Source of the DNA: the human T2T-CHM13v2.0 reference genome, Homo sapiens
Strand: one strand, 5' to 3'
DNA: 64,000 nt
Assembly: GCF_009914755.1 (NCBI RefSeq)
Contig: NC_060927.1
Numbering within the stretch: position 1 is the stretch's first letter; each line of letters opens with the position of its first letter. The translations under genes were made by a program, and so were the position numbers. The notes below the pieces were generated by a model, which had not been told where the DNA came from, did not search any database, and worked only from the letters and a program-made list of their open reading frames with translations. This document shows, piece by piece, positions 11,741 through 24,921 of the stretch.

Positions 11741-12639
11741 ATGAGCAAGTTTAATTGATTTTTCAGAGGCAATGGGTCATTAGATCGCCCTGGCATTGTC
11801 TAATAAATTCTCCTACCCTCTTTGACAACGTACAGAATTAGAATTAAGGTTTGTCCTTCAACCCCACCCCACTCAACACCTTTATCATTTGATAAAACAT
11901 CTCAGTAGCTTGAGTGTATTTATCACACCTGCATTTATTCACAGTTCGATCTGAGAGCCCTTGTTAACTCCCTTAAAATATCTGATTGAATTTCATGTGG
12001 AAGCGAATGCCACAGATTAAATATATGTTGTGTTAAGAAGCTTCCCGTTTTATCACAGCCTGTGCACTGCCAGAAAAGCATTCTGCATGTTAATTAAGAT
12101 AGCTGGGGGATTTTTTAAAGACTTCTTTTTCTCCCTTTAACTTTATAATGCATTCAGGGGAAGGGAACTAAGGCAACTATTTGCAAAGCTGTAAAAATCA
12201 GTGTCGAGTCAGATGGGTTGTGGGATCCCAGGGAGCTTCAGTGACGGGCCAGGGCACTGTCTGTGCATGTCAGCAGCAGGCTGAGTCTAGGAGCCGGCTG
12301 TGAAGGAGCTTGGAGAGGCTGAAGGGAGGAAGTTCTGACTTCTGACTTTAGTAGGAACAGTGCCCTTCTGGCTAAGGCTGGAATTTTGCCCAGGGAACAG
12401 TTAAGTAAGAGGTGGGGTGGGAAGTGATCAAATCCAAGAATCAAAGTGGACAAGATGAATTTGGATATGGAGAATGGAGAAATCTGACCTTCCTCCCAAT
12501 TAGAATGTCAGTGTAGCCAGGACTGTGTGGCAAGACCAAGGGGGGGCTGCAGATGCCTGCTTTAGCTGCTGCTAAGATGCCAGCACATTGGCCCTGCTAA
12601 TGGGCCCAAATTCAGAAGTGACATGAATAAAACATGGAT

Positions 12640-12805
12640 TCTGAAGTTCTTCAGACCTGGATTAAAATCCTGGCTTAGACACTTGTCACTTACTAGATCT
12701 CATTTTCCTCACCTGTGAGATGTGCATAGGGACACTGCTAGGTTCAGAGACCCTGGGTACAGCTGGCACATGGCAGGCTGTTAGCATATGGCACTTACTG
12801 CTGTT
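12640..12805 (+). mobile_element. MIR fragment
   Basis: cagacctggattaaaatcctggctt...ttttcctcacctgtgagatg...ctggcacatggcagg. Confidence 0.55.
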
Positions 12806-13099
12806 ACATAAGAACCTGTGTCCACCTCCTGCTGTCAGGCACTTTGCACCACCCAGCTGTTTGGTCACCTTTTCACCTCCCTTCACCTCTGTTCTAGTCT
12901 TGGCTCACCCTTCAAATACAACTGGCCCCTTACGTCGGGTGACCTAGAGAGTAGTCCCTGCCACTTGCACAATCCCAGTAAGCTCTAGTTAGGAAAATAC
13001 CCTCATCCAAGTAGTTCCAGAATAACACTGCTGTTTGTTTGGGACTCCCTGACCCATAGCTTAGGAATCATGCATGCGCTGGGGTGACACTAAGAGCAA

Positions 13100-13565
13100 C
13101 AAGATGTCCATCGGGAACCACTGCAGTTCCTCCGCCTCCCTTGGCACCGTGCCCTGGGACTGAGTTTGATTGCAGCGCCTTTCCCAGCTGTGACCAGCAG
13201 GGGGCGGCTCCTCTCTCTCGTGTCCCTTTCCAGTATCCTGGTAGGGTTCGTTCCCTCCCCAGCCCACTCAGGCCTCCTCCCGGGCTCCGCCTCTCGGGCT
13301 CCCTGAGACACGGCCCCGGCTCCTTCCGCCTTCCTTGGAGGAGGCTTGCAGACCTGCAGGGCGGGGCCTGACTGAGAGCGGGGCGGGATCTCCTTCCGGG
13401 CTGGGGAACAGATGCCCTGGCGTCCTTGGCACTGGGTTGGCTGGTCCCTCTCCGTCCTGGCTCCATTCCAAGCACGGCAGGCCCCGGGAGGGGCCCAGGC
13501 TGCTCCTTTTTCCAGCCAGGACAGAAAAGCATCAAGGAACTCTCGGTCATGAGACACGCCCGTCA
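13100..13565. promoter_or_regulatory. GC-rich, CpG-retaining patch (weak CpG island, promoter- or insulator-like)
   Basis: About 20 CpGs in 13200-13565 by eye against a depleted background; GC boxes gggcgggg (13359) and gcggggcggg (13378). Confidence 0.6.
13191..13209 (+). promoter_or_regulatory. CTCF core motif
   Basis: TGACCAGCAGGGGGCGGCT closely matches the CTCF consensus CCAsyAGrkGGC. Confidence 0.7.
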
Positions 13566-13619
13566 GAGAGGAGGCACATTCCAGGAATGACATATGCCCT
13601 GAAATGTCATATGCTCTGA

Positions 13620-13996
13620 GGAGGTGACACTCCCCAATGGGTGACACAGCCCACAAAGGGGACATGGCCCACAAAGAGGTGACATGACCCACAGGGGTCA
13701 CATGCTCCACAGAGGTGACATACTCCACAGAGGTGACCTGGCCCACAAAGGTGACATGGCCCACAGAGGTGACACAAGCCACAGAGGTGACACAGACCAC
13801 AGAGGTGACACACTCCACAGAGGTGACACAGGCCACAGAGGTGACACACTCCACAGAGGTGACCTGGCCCACAGAGGTGACATGCTCCACAGAGGTGGTA
13901 TGCTTCACAAAGGTGATATGGCCCTCAGGGACACACTCCACAGAGATGATCCGGTGCACAGAGGTGACATACTTCACAGAGGCAACCCGGCCCACA
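13620..13996. repeat. 18-bp minisatellite (~21 units), consensus CCACAGAGGTGACA+NNNN
   Basis: Directly visible periodicity with a conserved CACAGAGGTGAC core and variable spacer. Confidence 0.95.
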
Positions 13997-15229
13997 CAAC
14001 AACTGTGTCTCAACCATACTAGACACCTCAGGTATCAGAACCTTTCCATGGCACAGCAGGCCATGGAGCAGGCACTGCAGTGTTCGCCCTACAAACCCGG
14101 CGACTCAGTTCCAAGACCCTGCAGTCCAGAGAGCAGCTCAGAGGCAACGGGCCGAGGCCAGCCCAGCCGTTTTGCCTAAAGGTGGCTGCCAACCCTGGGA
14201 CCCTCAGCCTGGGCCTCCTGTGTCTCTGACCTCCTGCCTATAGAAGTCTGTTGCTCTTGCAAGGCCAGTAGGTAGACAGAGACAAGCATCAGTGAGAGGA
14301 AGAGTCATTTATGATTTATGAATAATGAACTAATTTAATCCTGGGTTTCTCTTGTGCCTCCCATTTAGTAATTTGTTCCATTTCTTAATGGCTCGAGTTC
14401 TTTATCAGGCTGTGACAGAGGCGAGTGGTGAGTCATCACACTGGGGATCAGGAGGGTGACCTAGATATTGGCACTGGGAAAGCAGTCCTGAGAGACGAGC
14501 ATCAGCTCCACCCTCCACTCCCTCTCCACTGTGGGCAGCTCTGCGTTGGCACAGCTCCTATCTCTGCATCAAAGTGGCAGGAAGAGGTGGCCGTTCAGTG
14601 GAGGTGGGTGTGGCTGGGGCTTGTCTGAAGCTGTGGTTCCACAGCAAGCCCCTTGCTTGTGCTTAGATTGGACATCAGGGGAGAAGATGGAGAAGACTGG
14701 GGTCTAGCCCCACTACACAGCTGCATTGAGAGGGAGACAAGACTTTGGCGTCAGGCCACTTGGGCTAAAATCCTGGCTGCCACCTCTGTCTTTGTGACCC
14801 TGGGTGCATTGCTTTACCGCTCAGAGCCAAGAAAAGATGCTTCCAACAGTGAAGGCTGTCACCTCTATCCTCACGCTGCTGTCTGGTTTCTTGAACCTGT
14901 TATTTCTTTTCTTTTTATTACACACAAGTATATTGAGGCTTTGGAAGGTTAAACACCTTAACGAAGAGAGCAGGAGAGTGGTCTGTGTACAGAGGAGGGG
15001 AGAGTGGAACCTGAGAAGGCCTGGAATCAGGACCCCAGGGTGGACCCTTGAGGGCCAGCTTTGCCTTGCCTCCTCCGTGTCATCTTGCATGGCATCTGGC
15101 CCCAAAGTGCCCTCACACAGGAGCAGGCAGGGGGGCAGCAGGGGGCTGGTCAGACAGCAGCAGCCACTGAGAGCACAAGGAAGGACTAAAGCCAGCAGGT
15201 AGGTGGGGAGAAGAAGTGTGGGCAGCTGT

Positions 15230-15400
15230 AGGAGGCATCTGTCATGTATTTGCATAGTTAGCCCACCCTGTTGGCGTTTATCCTGTGAAGCAATGGTTAT
15301 TGTGCCCACTTTACAGGCAGATACACTTGGGACAGAGGAGTCAAAGAATTGCCTAAGCAGCACAGCTGGTGCGGGGTGGAATCTGCCTTCTTCCAGCCTC
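15230..15400 (-). mobile_element. MIR fragment
   Basis: cctgtgaagcaatggttattgtgcccactttacag...aattgcctaagcagcacagctggt. Confidence 0.55.
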
Positions 15401-15595
15401 TTCTCTAAATGCCGTCCCACTGCCTCTTGCCAGTCCCAGTTCTGATAGGTGTGGGTGTGTGAGGCCACCTGCTCTGTGATGATGGGTGTCCTCTTCCTCT
15501 TCTAGTGCTTGGTGGTCTACAGATCGTTGCCAAGTACATCAGCCCCTCTGATTCTCACAGTATTCCCGGGAGATGAGTATGAACAAGGATTATGA

Positions 15596-15642
15596 AAGAG
15601 TGAGAGTGACAGAGAGAGAAAGAGACAGAGACAGAGAGATAG
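15596..15642. repeat. GA/GACA-rich simple repeat
   Basis: agagtgagagtgacagagagagaaagagacagagacagagagat. Confidence 0.8.
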
Positions 15643-18088
15643 ATTAATATTAAAGTATAATATACAAACAGGTGTGCATATTATAAGTGCACAGGTCTCT
15701 GGATATTCATAAAGACTATTATTTAACTTCATTTTACTAAAAGAAAACTTAGGTTTAATGATGTGATATTCTGAAGTCTGTTTATGTGTCAAGCAATGGA
15801 GGCAGTATTCCAGATTACATCTCTTAATGTCCATGATTTGAAATGGATTTTTAAAATATTTAAAGTTTTGATTTTGATTTCTTTTGAGAGCAATATAATT
15901 TAATGGAAAATGGCAATGCCTTTATCTTATTAAGTTCATTACCACAAGTGGTTATATGAGAGGGAAATCAGGTGCTTTAAGCCATCCGCTCTTCTGTATT
16001 AAAACTCTTTATTTGGGGAATGAGAGTTCTACTGAAGTGTCTTAAGTAAAATTTGACTAAACTTAAGTAAAATTTGTTTAAAACTTGCAAGATGAACTTC
16101 ATGGTTAAAGTCTAAAGTTTGCAGATTCAGAAAGACTTGAGGAAGGAACAGTGTACTTGAATTTTTTTTTGTAACATTTAATTAGTAGTGCATTGTTTAC
16201 ATCAACACTTTGTGGAATATTTTGGAGACTCAACAAAGCCTTCTTAAGGGTGGCCTGATCCTCGGCTTCCAAGTCTGTTTTTTAGCAGTGAAATGGCTTT
16301 CTTGTTCCCACATTTCAAAAAGAGGAAAACATTTCTGTCAGTTAAGCGAAGGGAGAGAGGAAGGTCTCACAATTGTGGTCGTGGTCAGGGGCGGAGACCT
16401 CTCCCCTTAGGATGCTCTACTTTTCTCCCTAGGGGGAGGTGACTGGGAGGGGACCTTTCTTCCAAGGTTTGGGAAACCTGGTAGATTCCTGCCTCTCTGG
16501 ATGCTTTAATGGGGTCCCTGTGTGAAAGCAGGGGCTGGGGGTGTGTTACAAAGTCCCTTCCAATTCCATGAGAGCAGAATTTAGGGCAATTAGAAATTAT
16601 CCCACCTGAGTCATCTTTCCCCTTCAAAGTGGTGTCTGAGGACTTTCTCAATTGACTCTGGAACAGGAGCAGAAAAACCCAATCAATTAGCCAATATCCA
16701 GTGACTGAGATGGACTGTCTCTGTCTGGGAATCGCTGGGGAAGCAGAGCCTGGAAAGGAGATTCATCTGGCAGGGGAGGGAAGATGAACGCTAAGGACTG
16801 GGAGAGCTGGACCAGTCAAGCTGAATTGGGCCTGACCCCCCAGTCCCACTCATAGTTAGACTCCAGACTCCAGACTCCAGACCCCAGGCAGTCACTTGAG
16901 AGGTCCAGCAGCTATGGCATGACAGGCAGTGGCCAGAGGAATTGCTCTCTGCCCCAGCCAGGCGGGAGCTTGCTCTGCCAGCAAAACCTGCAAGTCATCC
17001 TGCTGTAGCTGCCGGCCTGCAGAGACCAGCCCTGGTGGCAAGGAGGAGGTGTGAGGAGGAGGGAGCCTCTGGCAGCTTTTTGTTTCAGGCTAGAACTTTC
17101 TAGCAAGGCTTCAGAGCTGTCTGACCCACCTGCTGACTTATTCTCCCCTGCATTCCACTCCCCAAAGGCCACATCCGTCACACGCTGGCTTCCCCAGCCC
17201 AGGCATTCTCTCCTCGTGACATTGAGGCTGTGGAATTGTCCCTCCCTCCCTGGATCCCTGAGAACCCAGGAAGCCCACTTTCCCTCAATCACAGGCACAT
17301 GGAGAGAATGAATTTCGTTTGGTTCATGTAAAGTTGGCTGGGTGATTTTGTTATTTTACTGGAACTAGTTGCCCACCTTTAAAAACTGGGAACTTTCACA
17401 TATAAGCCCAGACTTCCTGCTTCTCTTGAAAGCCACTCTGGTGACACCGGGCCTGAGTCCCCATGTCGTCATGGAGGGGGTGTGCCATCTCTAGTGGCAA
17501 CAGTTCTCACCTCTTCCATTTCTTGTGCCCCATTTATATGCCTCGCCCTCTTGGCCACAGAGTTAGTGCAAGCTCATCCTGGCACCTACAGAGGTGGAGA
17601 GCAGAGTGGGTGGTGTTCTGCCCCTGGACCACCTCCCCAGGGGACTGTGGGACTTCGTCTGCCTCCATAGCATCTGAGCCTGATCACCATCATGGCCCTT
17701 CCCATTTGTATTGAAATGATCCACTTTTTCCATGAGGATTATGGCCATTTATGGGCATTGGTTTAAATCTCCTTCCTCTCGCCTGGGGTCAGTTCATCTA
17801 ATCACTTTTGGAGATGAATTTGGGGAAGTGATTCTCCACCTCCAAGACCCAAGGAAGGCTAAGTGGATCCAATGATTTTATTTCATTTTGAAGATGAAGA
17901 AACTGAGTCTCAGAGTGGTGTGTGGCATAGCTGACCTCTGCTAAGGAAGATCCTCCAGTGTGTGGCCTCCCTCTAGGTCACTGTCTACCCCAGGGTGGGC
18001 AACGGCATCCTTCAGGCAGGGGCTCTGGTGGGGGAGCCATAGTGGGAGAGTCCCTGGGTTGCCAGTTCCTATAGAAAGGCACATCACC

Positions 18089-18367
18089 GGCCGGGCGCGG
18101 TGGCTCACGCCTGTAATCCCAGCACTTTGGGAGGCCGAGGAGGGCGGATCACGAAGTCAGGAGATCGAGACAATTCTGGCTAACACGGTGAAACCCCGTC
18201 TCTACTAAAAATACAAAAAATTAGCCGGGCGAGGTGGCGGGCACCTCTAGTCCCAGCTACTCGGGAGGCTGAGGCAGGAGAATGGCGTGAACGCCGGGGG
18301 CGGAGCCTGCAGTGAGCCGAGATCGCGCCGCTGAACTCCAGCCTGGGAGACAGCGAGACTCCATCTC

Positions 18368-18400
<33 letters not shown>

Positions 18401-18405
18401 AAAAG
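18089..18405 (+). mobile_element. AluY, AluYe-like subfamily, full length with 16-bp TSD
   Basis: CpG-rich AluY with gcgaggtggcggg, gggggcggagcctgcag and gacagcgagac variants; perfect TSD agaaaggcacatcacc at 18073-18088 and 18406-18421; long A tail. Confidence 0.95.
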
Positions 18406-20226
18406 AGAAAGGCACATCACCCCTAGAGTGTTCTTCTCAGAGGGCCCACGTGGAGGATGCTGCCTGGCAGCCTGAGGGCAACAATCCAGCAGGTGAGCCC
18501 ATGCCCTGCTCTGCCATCCATGCTCTCCCCTGAAAGGGGGCTCTGTGGAAGAGCCAGGTCCGCTGCACTCACCATCATTTCCAGTTGAGTGCCGTAACTA
18601 GGAGCTGTTCCCTCTGCAGGCAGGGGAATGCCAAGTGGGCCAGGAAAGCACAGTCAGTGGAGGAGGTGAAGAACTGTTTGAAAAAACTTCTTTCTCCAGC
18701 TTCCTCTTCAGCATATTCAGAAAGCTGCCTTCAGTGCCCTGTGGCTAGAAGGCAGGCTTTATAGCTCTGGGTACGTGTTGGGGTCCTCTTGGCTGGCATA
18801 GGTTTATAGCAAGAATTACTGGCCTTTGGAAGGGGTCAGAGAAGGGCTCCTGAGGACTTTAGTCTTGAAGCATGAGTTTGCAAGCCCAGGGGCTGGTGTG
18901 TGTCAGGGTGGTGGGGGGTATGTTTTGGTTAGGGGGATAGGTCTTGTCCTCAGGAAGACGAGGCTTGAGCTGTCTCCAAGTGAGCTCCACATGTGCTCTG
19001 TGTAGGGTAGAATTCCTGCCTCAGTAGCAGTGGTTGACCAGTTGTCCCAATAACAGGACACTCCATGTATTGGGAAAATTTAAAGGGGTTTTTAGCTCTG
19101 CCTCATTATTTTCTAACTGTGGAGCATCAAAAAGCCCAGAACCTCACTGTAAAGTGGGGATAATAACTCTTGCCCTCCCTGTCCTTCCATTTCATTGTGA
19201 CTTCAAGTGAGAGGGTATTCATGGTGTGAAGATGTTTTGCAAGTTGTCAAGAGCCTTGCCGGGGAATAAGGTACAAGCTGAAAGCCCAACCCCTCCATCT
19301 CCATCCTCTGAAGCTCAGCTGGCCTGGTGGGGAGGTGGCCTTCTCTTGGAACTATCTGTCCAGCCCTATTTTCATGTACTCCACAGTGGGAATGTCAGAC
19401 TTAGAGCTCTCATTGGAGGCAACAGGAAGCCGCCCATCTTCCCAGAGTATTGCATGCGCTGGAAGACTTGGGAGAAATCATGGTTTTTATATTAAAATAA
19501 ACACTCATATATGATTATGTGCAATGCAAAGGTTCATGAATTTTAATGTTAAAGCAGGAGCAAAGAAATGTGCTTGTGGAGGGATGAGAGATGGAGGCTG
19601 CTTCCTGAGAGGACTCAGGGGGCTTCAACATTGTCTTCTGCCATTAAAGGTGTATTAGTGAAACATGTGAGAAACACTCTCATGGTGAGGAGGCACTGTG
19701 CTGGCCTCTGCAGGAGGAGAAGCAATGTTGAGGAGAGGGGACTGGCCCTGAGGGAACTCCACAAAGGGCAGCTTCCTTACCAGGCTATATGGGAGCACAG
19801 ATAAAGGTACCAGAGGAAAGAGAGCTCATGACTGGCTGGAGGGATGGAGGTGATCGAAGGAGACTTCCTGGAGGAGGAGGAGAGATTTCAGGAGCTCACA
19901 CACACATACTCAGAAGTGCAAGTCATGCTTCGTGACTGGCAGGAGAATCAGACCCGGGCCCAGGGTATGGAGAGAGGGGATGTGGAAGATGTGGCTGGGA
20001 CCCCTGATGGGGAATTAGGATGAATACATCAGGTCTTTGGAGTCCTGGAAATCATTTGAGAAGTGAAGTGATTTGGTCAAAGGGTTGCTTTAGGGTGATT
20101 AATTTCATGTTGGTGACAATTTCTAGGTTTTTTTTTTTTGCATGTATAGTTGTTCAGATAAGATAGTCTTTCAACGTGTTTCTCCTACCAGAAAAGACAA
20201 GATCCCCCTGAAAGAAATATTCTTGG

Positions 20227-20604
<378 letters not shown>

Positions 20605-21182
20605 TCATGGGCCTTGCCTTGTGTAGCCCTGTGAATTAGAGCAGGTATTGAATAACAAGAGTCACAGATCACTGGGGCAGATAGGTTCTGGCACGTTCTC
20701 CAGAAAGGTGGGCACCATGTACATCCCAAAGTATTACCATAAGACATCATGTTTCTCTTCATGCATGAACTCAGCCCACAGATTCCAAAAGCTGAACAGA
20801 CAGGAAAGGCAATAACCCCTGTCATTACTGCTTTTGGAGGGATTTGACCTCTCAGATCCTCTAGATCAGCAAGACTTCACATTAGATTTCAGGTCTTGCT
20901 GAAGAATTCTATCTGCCCCACACCTGAGCACTTGTCTGGTCTTTCCACTCAGAACAGAGTTCAAGGTAGAATCTACAGCCAGCAGGATCCCCAGCAGAGA
21001 AGAGCAAGGGCTTCCTAATTAGAGCGATTGTTAAAGACTCCCAGGGGGATACTCCCAGATAAGTTAACAAATTAACAGCAAGGACAGCCTGGAGGTGGTG
21101 GGGGCAGAGAGACGTGATTTGAGTTTCTCCCCATTGCTTTTGCAGCCCAAGATTAGACCAGATGGAAGTGCTTGATGTTTTG

Positions 21183-21342
21183 ACCAGCCTTCTTAAACTT
21201 CAACAAATATGCAAATCACACGGTGATCTTGATAAAATGCAGATGCAGATTCAGTGGGATGGGATGTGGTCAGGGATTCTATCTTTTGCACAAGCTCCCA
21301 GGTAATGCCAGTGCTCCACAAACCAATTTGTGCAGTACAGGT
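21183..21342. mobile_element. MER5A-like DNA transposon
   Basis: aatcacacggtgatcttgataaaatgcagatgcagattcagtggg...caagctcccaggtaatgcca. Confidence 0.7.
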
Positions 21343-21469
21343 TGGACAACACCATCCCGTGTGTGTTTTCCTAAAGGGAAGATGCTACCCTCTGGAGTGG
21401 CCTAACCTGAATACCACTGCTTCCAGCCACTCCCTTTTAGACCTCTCCAGTAAAAATTATCTCCAGCCA

Positions 21470-21895
21470 TCCTACAGACATTTATTAGGCACTTACTATA
21501 TGCTGTACTCAATGCCAGCTCTAGAGATTCAGAAATGACAGAAACAGCTTCTATCTTGTGGGATTTTACGACGGAGTGTATATGGTGAGGGTGGGCAGGT
21601 GATGAGTTGGGCAAACAGGCAATCGAGCAGAGAGTGACCAAGGTGGTAATGGGGCACCACAGGGGCCCAGAGGAGGTCACTTCTCAGCCTGAGATTGAGA
21701 TCAGGAGGTAGGAAAATCAGGAGGCCCTATCAGGAGTGAGTGGCTCAGGCTTGGAGGGAGAGAATGCATTAGTTAGATGGGTAGGATGTAGTGGTGGGAG
21801 GAGGGAGGCAGAAAAGCAAGGAAAATAAGATGTTTTCAGGCCTCAAGAAATAAAGAAGCTCCAAGGGTCAGGGAATTACAAGCCACTCAGCTAGA
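21470..21895 (-). mobile_element. L2 fragment
   Basis: acatttattaggcacttactatatgc...ctagagattcagaaatga. Confidence 0.55.
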
Positions 21896-21899
21896 GCCT

Positions 21900-22762
<863 letters not shown>

Positions 22763-22996
22763 GGAGGTGATATTGGAAGTTGCAGAAGGGCTATGCCACA
22801 AAGGGCTGAAGTGAAGTCTTTGGGTTTTACTAGATTTGGTAGGGGAAGGCATTGGAGATTGTGTTATTGGGAGGTAGCATTATCAGATTAATCTAGGTGG
22901 AGAATGGATTGGAGAGGGGATAGTGGGATTGAGAGGGAGGTGGAAGACTAGCCAGAAGCCTGTGGATGCATCCAGGTTGGAAATGATGCTGTCTTG

Positions 22997-23387
22997 ATGA
23001 TGTGGTTTGGATATTTGTCTCCTCCAAACCTCACATCAAAATTTGATCCCCAGTGTTTGAGGCAGGGCCTAATAGGAGATGTTTGGGTCATGGGAGCAGA
23101 TCCCTTATGAATGGCTTGTTGCCCTTTTCATGGTAATGAGTGGATTCCCACTCTATTAGTTCACATGAGTTGTTTAAAAGAACCTGGTGCTTCCTTCCTC
23201 TCCCCTTCTCTGTCCTCTTCTCTTGCCATGTGAAATGCTGGCTCCCTTTCTCCTTCTGCCATGAGTGAAGGATACTGGCTTCATGCTTCTTGTACAGCCT
23301 GCAAAACTGTTAGACAAATAAACCTCTTTTCTTTATAAATTACCCAATCACAGGTTGTTCCTTTAGTAACACAAATGGAATAAGACA
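22997..23387 (+). mobile_element. MST (MSTB-like) MaLR solo LTR
   Basis: tgatgtggtttggatatttgtc...gtttgggtcatggg...aataaacctcttttctttataaattaccca...taagaca. Confidence 0.85.
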
Positions 23388-23779
23388 TCAGCCAATAGTA
23401 GGGTGGAGGCAAGATCAAACACAAGATACAGGAGGTGAGATTGACAGGGCTTGAGACTACCTTGGCATGTGATCTCGGATACCCAACCAGCCTTTTCTTG
23501 GCATAGCTGACTTTTCTCCTGCTATGTGGATAGAAGGGTCCCAGGGCCTTCAGGCTGGCTCTCCAGCCCTGTCTTTTGTCAGCAGGTCCCTGTCGGGTAG
23601 AACTGGAACTTACAAAGGGAGGGGCCTGGGATTGGGCATGTGCTGCCTCCTGGCTGGCCCACAGCTCCCTGATAGGGCAAGCCACAGGAAAGTAATAATC
23701 TTTGGAGGATGCAACATAAAACTTCCTGTCCCGAATCTCTCCTTCAATGGTCTGCCATGGCTGACCAGCTTAACCATAT

Positions 23780-24140
23780 ATCCTGTTTCCTAGCAGCTAG
23801 ATATGACCATGTGACTAAGGTCTAGTCAATAGGAAATGAAGGGAATTGATTTGCACACACTTTGGGTCATCCCATTTGATGGGAAAGGGAGTGTCTTCTT
23901 TCCTCTCTTACCCTTCCTGCTGGCTATACAGGGGAGCCATGTTTGATCATGAGGACAAGGGGAATACCTAGGAATGGCAGAGCAGCAAGACAGAAGGAGC
24001 CCAGGCTTTAGTGACTTTGCAGAGCAGAGCCCTCATACAGCTGGGACTTTTATATGAGCAAGATATATACCTCTAGTTCATTGAAGCACCTATCATTTTT
24101 GTATCTCTGTTATATACATCCTCACCTATATCCTGGCCAA
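23780..24140 (+). mobile_element. Old MLT1-type LTR
   Basis: gaccatgtgactaaggtctagtcaatagg...ggaatggcagagcagcaagacagaaggagcc. Confidence 0.6.
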
Positions 24141-24378
24141 AACAAAGGTAATGTAATAAGTCATTGTCGAAGATGAATATCTCAGTGTGAGCTGTATCTT
24201 TTCTCATTCACTTAACAATTATTTTTTCCTGACTTCCTTATGCCAGGCAATGAGTCAGTTGTGGGAGATAGAATTTAGAACAGACACAGTCCTTCAGGAA
24301 TAAGGACTATAATATTGGAGTAGAAAGGATATATGACAATCAGGGATGATCGCATATGTGCTTAAGAAAAATCTGGGT

Positions 24379-24737
<359 letters not shown>

Positions 24738-24844
24738 TTAAGTCATTGAGATTTGTTATTGCAGCATCATTTAGTCTACCCTGACTAAAACAAAGGCCTT
24801 TACATGATGTAGATACTAATACGAAGGACTTTACATTCATCTTT

Positions 24845-24921
24845 TGCATGATTTTCTGTATTTATGCAAATACAGATTTTTTTTTGTATTTTGTATTTGC
24901 ATAAATACAGAAATTCATGCA
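24845..24921. repeat. Near-perfect inverted repeat (30-bp arms, 17-nt spacer)
   Basis: tgcatgattttctgtatttatgcaaataca / tgtatttgcataaatacagaaattcatgca, 29/30 complementary. Confidence 0.92.

Noticed and set aside
13620-13996. CRISPR-like array (conserved repeat plus variable spacer)
   Set aside because: The core is 12 nt and spacers are 6 nt and recur; the context is primate DNA with no cas genes. It is a minisatellite.
14821-15468. 215-aa minus-strand ORF
   Set aside because: Overlaps MIR-derived sequence and shows no protein-like homology.
17480-17500. Second CTCF site (reverse CCACTAGAGATGGC)
   Set aside because: Two extra bases break the spacing of the essential GG positions.
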